Virus record (IMG/VR): IMGVR_UViG_3300045988_113806 | Coordinates: 1-56,035 of that record | DNA: 56,035 nucleotides | From: a virus | Strand: one strand, 5' to 3' | Part shown: in pieces, positions 54,970 to 56,035 of the stretch | Layout of the letters: every line of letters starts with the position of its first letter | Position numbering within the stretch: position 1 is the stretch's first letter | Notes under the pieces: generated by a model | The model's input: the letters and a program-made list of their open reading frames with translations, nothing else | What the model was told of the DNA's origin: nothing | Databases searched by the model: none | Made by a program: the position numbers and the translations under genes

Positions 54970-55704
54970 TCAGACTAAAGTACCAACCAATACGATGGAT
55001 AATGTGAAAGGCTGCGTCGGATTTAAATTAAAATTGGGGGCAACCTCAAACTCCTGTTCTGCAAGATTTTGGGTTGTATTAAGGTCAAAAATAGCAGAAT
55101 CCGAGTTCGCATCCTGAGAGAATTGCAGCAGTAAGGCATTCACGGATGCCAACGCGCTGCACTGCATATTGCTCACCTTAATCCTATTCTTTTCAGCGTC
55201 ATAGCTTAAGTCATAAGATTCAAGGGTATAAGCACCCGTGGTGTCTTTAATATTACTTCCGTCATAGGAATATTCCCCATTTACCTGTTGCAAAGTAATC
55301 TCTTGATTCATGAATAATACTTGTGTATTTTCATCCTTTACCGCAGCAGTAGCACTAATCACCATCCCATCGGTTACTTCTAAGGTTACTTTATTGCTGC
55401 CCTGGTCCACGCCATTTACCGTAATGTGCCCCGGTGTATAACCATTATTGGCGGTAATTAGAAACGTAATGGGCGGGAAAGATAATGTATATTCGTCTCC
55501 GGCATTGCTAATAACGGAACCCATCAATGCTAAACCGATGTGTCCATTGGCTACTTGGACAATCGTAAAACTTTTCCTACCCACGTCGATAGACTTGATT
55601 GCCGGGCCCATTTGCCCAGGCATATATTTTTCGGTACTGTTTATCTTGGCCCGGATAGCATCAGCAATGTTTTTTAAACTTTCGTCGTTGACCAGTACAT
55701 TCAT
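54970..55704 (-). CDS. tail structural protein (244 aa)
   Basis: position; beta-rich. Confidence 0.45.
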   Translation of the reverse strand: MNVLVNDESLKNIADAIRAKINSTEKYMPGQMGPAIKSIDVGRKSFTIVQVANGHIGLALMGSVISNAGDEYTLSFPPITFLITANNGYTPGHITVNGVDQGSNKVTLEVTDGMVISATAAVKDENTQVLFMNQEITLQQVNGEYSYDGSNIKDTTGAYTLESYDLSYDAEKNRIKVSNMQCSALASVNALLLQFSQDANSDSAIFDLNTTQNLAEQEFEVAPNFNLNPTQPFTLSIVLVGTLV

Positions 55705-55706
55705 GG

Positions 55707-55904
55707 TTAGTACGCCTCCTTATTTCCATCTTCGATTACAGCGGAAGTTCCAGTAAGGGTAGTTTCCCCGGCAGTGATAATCTGAACAAGGTCCTCTCTG
55801 GTAATCTTGGTTTCTACTTTGATTTCGCCTACATCCACTGTAATACTCGCCTCCCCCTGAAGCATTGCATCCACAACATTCTGTCTTGTCACTTTGATTT
55901 TCAT
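55707..55904 (-). CDS. small tail-associated protein (65 aa)
   Basis: RBS GGAGTGAG; start overlaps the fiber stop (TAATG). Confidence 0.5.
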   Translation of the reverse strand: MKIKVTRQNVVDAMLQGEASITVDVGEIKVETKITREDLVQIITAGETTLTGTSAVIEDGNKEAY

Positions 55905-56035
55905 TAGTAACTCACTCCATTTCCATCTATGATATTTGTAATAGCTGTAGCAATAGCAGTTGCTACTGCTCCAGATGTTACCAGGTTTGTGCTGCCGTCC
56001 GTTACTGTAGTATCGATAACCGGTTTATTTAAGAT
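55904..56035 (-). CDS. C-terminal end of the same tail fiber CDS (…TSGAVATAIATAITNIIDGNGVSY*); TAA at 55906-55904 overlaps the ATG of the next gene
   Basis: frame continuity across the junction: reading down from 87 to 1 then 55948 gives …GAVATAIATAITNIIDGNGVSY then stop. Confidence 0.65.
   Translation of the reverse strand: MLNKPVIDTTVTDGSTNLVTSGAVATAIATAITNIIDGNGVSY
55949..56035. repeat. terminal redundancy, copy 2 (identical to 1-87)
   Basis: exact identity to 1-87. Confidence 0.9.

Larger units (their letters stand above)
1..55948. mobile_element. complete circular temperate phage genome (or excised prophage); unique length ~55,948 bp
   Basis: 87-bp terminal redundancy closing the contig; terminase, portal, capsid, fibers, lysin, integrase and repressor modules all present. 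Confidence 0.8.

Noticed and set aside
1-56035. CRISPR array / rRNA
   Set aside because: No regularly spaced direct repeats with unique spacers and no rRNA-like conserved stretches anywhere in the window. Short tandem repeats seen (34737-34807, 25951-25995) are 2-copy only.

Overview
The window is a circularly closed phage genome of about 55.9 kb. Positions 1-87 are identical to 55949-56035, and a tail-fiber reading frame runs continuously across that junction. It looks like a temperate tailed phage or excised prophage of a Gram-positive (Firmicutes-like) host; this is inferred from the GH25 lysin, ImmA/ImmR-type switch, DnaD/DnaC replication proteins and large serine integrase.

Modules, almost all on the minus strand:
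- Lysogeny switch (30.7-33.9 kb): Cro-like and CI-like HTH genes diverging from a three-operator region, ImmA metalloprotease, a membrane protein and a large serine recombinase with terminator and attP-candidate DNA.
- Early/replication operon (30.9 to 16.3 kb): RecT + YqaJ exonuclease, DnaD-like replisome organizer with an internal iteron/ori candidate, DnaC-like loader, HNH nuclease, SSB, YopX-like, dUTPase, ThyX-like, Hjc-like resolvase, DUF3310-like, RinA-like activator, and many zinc-ribbon or acidic small proteins.
- A plus-strand island of six small genes (14.3-16.3 kb) in two units that share a conserved promoter plus CCTCCCAWTGGGAGG hairpin.
- Packaging/head (13.1 to 4.8 kb): a small GTG-start protein, TerS, TerL, portal, scaffold and major capsid with terminator.
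- Tail/adsorption: two paralogous adaptor-like proteins, an FN3/repeat receptor-binding fiber, and a second fiber with SETNA-type low-complexity repeats whose true frame differs from the supplied ORF track.
- Virion-internal/ejection block: a C-terminal Hint (intein-like) domain protein, a 691-aa protein and a 4298-aa giant protein. The giant protein has lytic transglycosylase, M15-like peptidase, SF2 helicase, N6-adenine methyltransferase and HExxH motifs plus C-terminal membrane segments, i.e. DarB/ArdC-like antirestriction domains fused to an ejection protein.
- GH25 endolysin, followed by two membrane-protein moron genes separated by tandem hairpin repeats.

No rRNA, tRNA or CRISPR array was found. 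All calls rest on by-eye motif recognition; no searches were run.
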